A stretch of DNA of 16,872 nucleotides from Candidatus Iainarchaeum sp. GTDB lineage: Archaea > Iainarchaeota > Iainarchaeia > Iainarchaeales > JAZDFD01. A model generated the notes under the pieces. It worked only from the letters and a program-made list of their open reading frames with translations. It was not told the origin of the DNA and did no database searches. The position numbers and the translations under genes are program-made. Position 1 is the stretch's first letter. Each line of letters starts with the position of its first letter. Positions 15,509 through 16,872 of this stretch are shown piece after piece. The stretch lies in the NCBI GenBank assembly GCA_043808155.1, contig JAZDFD010000009.1:1-16872 (forward strand). Reading direction: 5' to 3'.

Positions 15509-16828
15509 TTAATCAATAATATTAATTTCAAAACCCAAAATTGATTTCCCTGTTTCTTCAAGTTTGTTTTTTAATGAGGAAATGTTTTCTTCAGTTGTTT
15601 CGCAGTCTTCTTTTATTTTGCTAAGCGAAAAGCCCCTGTCTTCAATTTCTTTTTCTATCTGGTTTTTTTCCATTAATTTATTATTTATTTTTTCAGTTAT
15701 TGCGCTTTCTGATTCCTGTTTTTCAATTGCATGTATTTCTATTTCTAACTTATTTAATTCCCAGAACACATTTTCAAAGAAATCAAAATTGATTAATTCG
15801 TTAATTGCTGAAATTTTCTTTTCCTTTTCTTTGGAATCTTTGAAAGTGATTATGTCTAATTCAATTGCTTTAATGACTTCTGCAAGAATTGCTTTAAGGT
15901 TTTCCGCTTTCTGATCTGTTTTCAGAGCATAAAAAGAATTTGATAAATAATGTTTCAGGCTTTCTTTCAGTTCAGATGAAATAATTATTTCATTAATTTC
16001 TGTCAGTTTCTGAAATCTTTTAAGAGGTTTGTCCACGTTTGACATTAAATCAATAATTCTTGTTTTCAGGTTTTGCTTTTCTTTGTATAGTGCGGCTTTT
16101 CGTTCTTTTATTCCCTCGTATTCATCCATTTCTGGACTGGATTCAAGTTCTTCAATTTCATTCAGCAGTGATTTTTTGTTTTGCAACAAGGCATTTAGTT
16201 CATTAGTTAGTGTTTCCTTGTTTTTGTTGCATTCAAGCAGAATGCTTCTTTTTTCATTAATGAGATTACTAATTTGATTTGCTTCAATTGATAAAAATAC
16301 TGCATCGTTTTCCTCAAGATATTTTTTCATTTCCGAGAAATTTTCATTCAATTCTTTGAAATAATTGCCAATTTTACTTACATGTTCTTTCATCAGAATT
16401 CCTGTGTATGCTGTGTTTTTTACAATTCTTGAACTTTCATTGTTGAGTGTATTGTGTGCGTTAATACAATATTCTTTCATTGAAGACACGTCAATGTTAT
16501 TGGGAACCTCTATTTTGTCGATTAGTGCATTAACTTGTCTTATCATCTGTATTTTAGATGTGCCAACTACTTTTGTGATTCTTGCTCTGCCTTCAGGAAT
16601 TTCAGCATTTTCAATATCTTCTAATGATTTTCTCAGAACATTCAGAATATGTTTAATTTCTGAGGCTTTTGATGCAAAGTACTGGTTTGCCTGTTTTTCC
16701 TGCACAGATGAAGTTTTTTCAATTTTTGAAGACAATTCACTAATTTTTAGATTTTGGGTTTTTGGTTCTTTAGAACCCATAAAACTGAATATTTTTCCAA
16801 ACATCGCGAATAGTTTATCAAAAATCAT
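15509..16828 (-). CDS. Hypothetical long coiled-coil protein
   Basis: 439 aa, K/E/L/I-rich heptads, amphipathic N-terminus MIFDKLFAMFGKIFSFM and no catalytic motif. AAAGC-TTATTA promoter-like element at 16853-16863. Confidence 0.75.
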   Translation of the reverse strand: MIFDKLFAMFGKIFSFMGSKEPKTQNLKISELSSKIEKTSSVQEKQANQYFASKASEIKHILNVLRKSLEDIENAEIPEGRARITKVVGTSKIQMIRQVNALIDKIEVPNNIDVSSMKEYCINAHNTLNNESSRIVKNTAYTGILMKEHVSKIGNYFKELNENFSEMKKYLEENDAVFLSIEANQISNLINEKRSILLECNKNKETLTNELNALLQNKKSLLNEIEELESSPEMDEYEGIKERKAALYKEKQNLKTRIIDLMSNVDKPLKRFQKLTEINEIIISSELKESLKHYLSNSFYALKTDQKAENLKAILAEVIKAIELDIITFKDSKEKEKKISAINELINFDFFENVFWELNKLEIEIHAIEKQESESAITEKINNKLMEKNQIEKEIEDRGFSLSKIKEDCETTEENISSLKNKLEETGKSILGFEINIID

Positions 16829-16872
16829 GTTATAAATAATGGATTTAAATCATAATAAGCTTTCCTGTTTCA

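Noticed and set aside
15509-16828. SMC/Rad50 ATPase
   Set aside because: It is coiled-coil only, with no Walker A/B, signature motif or CxxC hook.
11292-16835. Shadow ORFs 11292-11540, 11720-11977, 14458-14640, 15564-15914, 16029-16277 and 16365-16835
   Set aside because: They are antisense to coaD, the KaiC-like gene or the coiled-coil gene. Their Phe/Ser/Ile richness simply mirrors Lys/Glu codons on the coding strand.

Overview
AT-rich archaeal window, most likely from a DPANN lineage. The taxonomy is inferred from the class III pilin signals, the 'GQSALEYLMTYGWA' pilin N-terminus, archaeal BRE/TATA-like promoters and single-domain KaiC ATPases. From left to right it holds: (1) a 5'-complete transglutaminase-like gene whose catalytic Cys is replaced by Asp; (2) a ~10 kb type IV pilus locus with five pilin-like genes (one a 781-aa pilin carrying a split vWA domain), a coiled-coil/wHTH protein, the assembly ATPase, two TadB/TadC-type platform proteins and a convergent major pilin; (3) a bacterial-type coaE-coaD pair; (4) a small membrane protein; (5) a three-gene KaiC/RAD55-like cluster; (6) a coiled-coil protein. 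The standout feature is a ~245-nt non-coding segment at about 12933-13178. By hand it folds almost completely on the + strand into six hairpin loops, four C(UUCG)G, one C(UUUG)G and one 5-nt loop. Three of the hairpins repeat at an exact 26-nt period with different but fully paired outer stems. I could not match it to any RNA family I recognise, so it is a candidate novel structured ncRNA.
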